Assembly (NCBI RefSeq): GCF_028641065.1
Contig: NC_073400.1
Span: forward strand, 29,760,001-29,824,000
Reading direction: 5' to 3'
DNA length: 64,000 bases
DNA from: Leucoraja erinacea
Lineage: Eukaryota
Below, in pieces: positions 62,726-64,000 of this stretch (the stretch's first letter is position 1; each line of letters begins with the position of its first letter). The position numbers and the translations under genes are program-made. The notes under the pieces are model-generated. The model saw only the letters and a list, made by a program, of their open reading frames with translations, had not been told where the DNA came from and ran no database searches.

Positions 62726-64000
62726 TTAATGGTGCCACACAAGTTATTCATCATTTACAGCAGATTGTTTTTACGTGGTTTTTTAAAAATCTTTACACGA
62801 CTGAATCCAGCGACTTTATAATTTGGGAAAAATGTTCGCGACCCACAATGTAACCTATTCACATTCTTCAAAGACGTTATCTGAACCATTGAGTTACTAC
62901 TCTAGCACTTTGTGCCTTTTTTCCGTAAAACAGCATCTGCAGTTCCTTTGTGTCACAACTTTAACTTGGGATTGCTGTTGGACGCAGATAATGCAGTCTG
63001 CTATTTGCAACATCATAGCATACATATTACTTGTGTTAAAATGCAAACAGAGTAAGTGGCTGCACTTCTATGTAATATATGGGTTATCCACGTATAGTAG
63101 CCCATACTGTGCAATTCCCAAGCAAACTCTCTTGAAAATAAATATATCAACTCTTCAAAGGTAGGCAAAAATGCTGGAGAAACTCAGCGGGTGAGGCAGC
63201 ATCTATGGAGCGAAGGAACTAGGCAACGTATCGGGCTGAAACCCTTCTTCTGCTGGATCCTACCGATTGGAATGTGAAATGTATAACAAGAAATGCACAT
63301 AAGAAGCAGAAGTAGTCATGATTCTATAAAGCTCTGGTTGATCTGATCTGATCTGGGTCTTAACACCACTTTCTCCCTGTCCCTGCGCCCACATACGCTC
63401 CTGTCGTTCAAAGAACTGGCAATGCCCACGTAGAATATGTAGACACAAGAAACTACAGATGCTGGGGTAGTCAGAGTGATACAGCATGGAAACAGGCCAT
63501 TTGGCCCAACTTGCCAACCCTGGCCAACATGCCCCAGCTACACTAGTTCCACCTGCCTGCATTTGGCCCATATCCCAACCAAACCTGTCCTATCCATGCA
63601 CCCGTCTAATTGTTTCTTAAACTTTGAGATAGTCCCTGCCACAACTACTTCCTCTGGCAGCTCGCCCCACACACCTACCACCCTTTGGGTGTAAAGGTTA
63701 ACCCTCAGATTCCTAATGCTTTTAAATCTTTCCTCCTTGAACAAGATCTTGAGCCAGGAACAAAATGCTGGAGGAAATCCAGTGGGTCTGGCGGGATTAT
63801 GATTGGAATGGACAGGCGGTGTTTAGGGTCAGGGATGAAGAAACATCCCCAATCTGAAACGTAGCCTTTCTGTCCCCTCCACAGATGCTACCTGACCCAC
63901 TGGGCTCTTCCACACTTTGTTTTTTGCTCACTTTGAATATGTTCAATGAGTCCACCTCAACACATCTCTGGGGGTAGAGTCTGTTGGCGAAATGCAGATT

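Overview
Eukaryotic, intron-rich, repeat-dense vertebrate DNA. It is almost certainly a cartilaginous fish (skate/ray-like), judged from HE1/V-SINE-type tRNA SINEs, abundant CR1 LINE fragments and Penelope-like fragments. Nearly all ORFs in the supplied track are repeat-derived or spurious. The real genes had to be assembled from GT-AG exons. (1) + strand, <330..6495: the 3' part of a CD300/pIgR/MDIR-like inhibitory Ig receptor. It has two recently duplicated V-domain exons, a Thr-rich mucin stalk, an uncharged TM and an ITIM tail; the leader exon lies upstream of the window. (2) + strand, 14746..25249: a complete 7-exon, 353-aa paralogous receptor (leader, 2 V domains with CX7C, short stalk, TM, ITIM tail). 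(3) - strand, 62695..33992: the last 13 coding exons (371 aa) of AHCYL1/IRBIT, tail-to-tail with the receptor pair. The most striking signal is in the two duplicated V exons of receptor 1. By my manual count they differ at 27 of 108 codons non-synonymously and only 3 synonymously, while their flanking intron differs by ~1.5%, consistent with strong diversifying selection on a ligand-binding domain. Other notable items are hammerhead-ribozyme-like cores in many Penelope-derived short repeats, several MITE-like elements with clear TSDs (one carrying telomeric hexamers), a ~135-bp (AAG)n-tailed short retroposon, and templated local insertions. All counts and splice calls are by eye; no database search was run.
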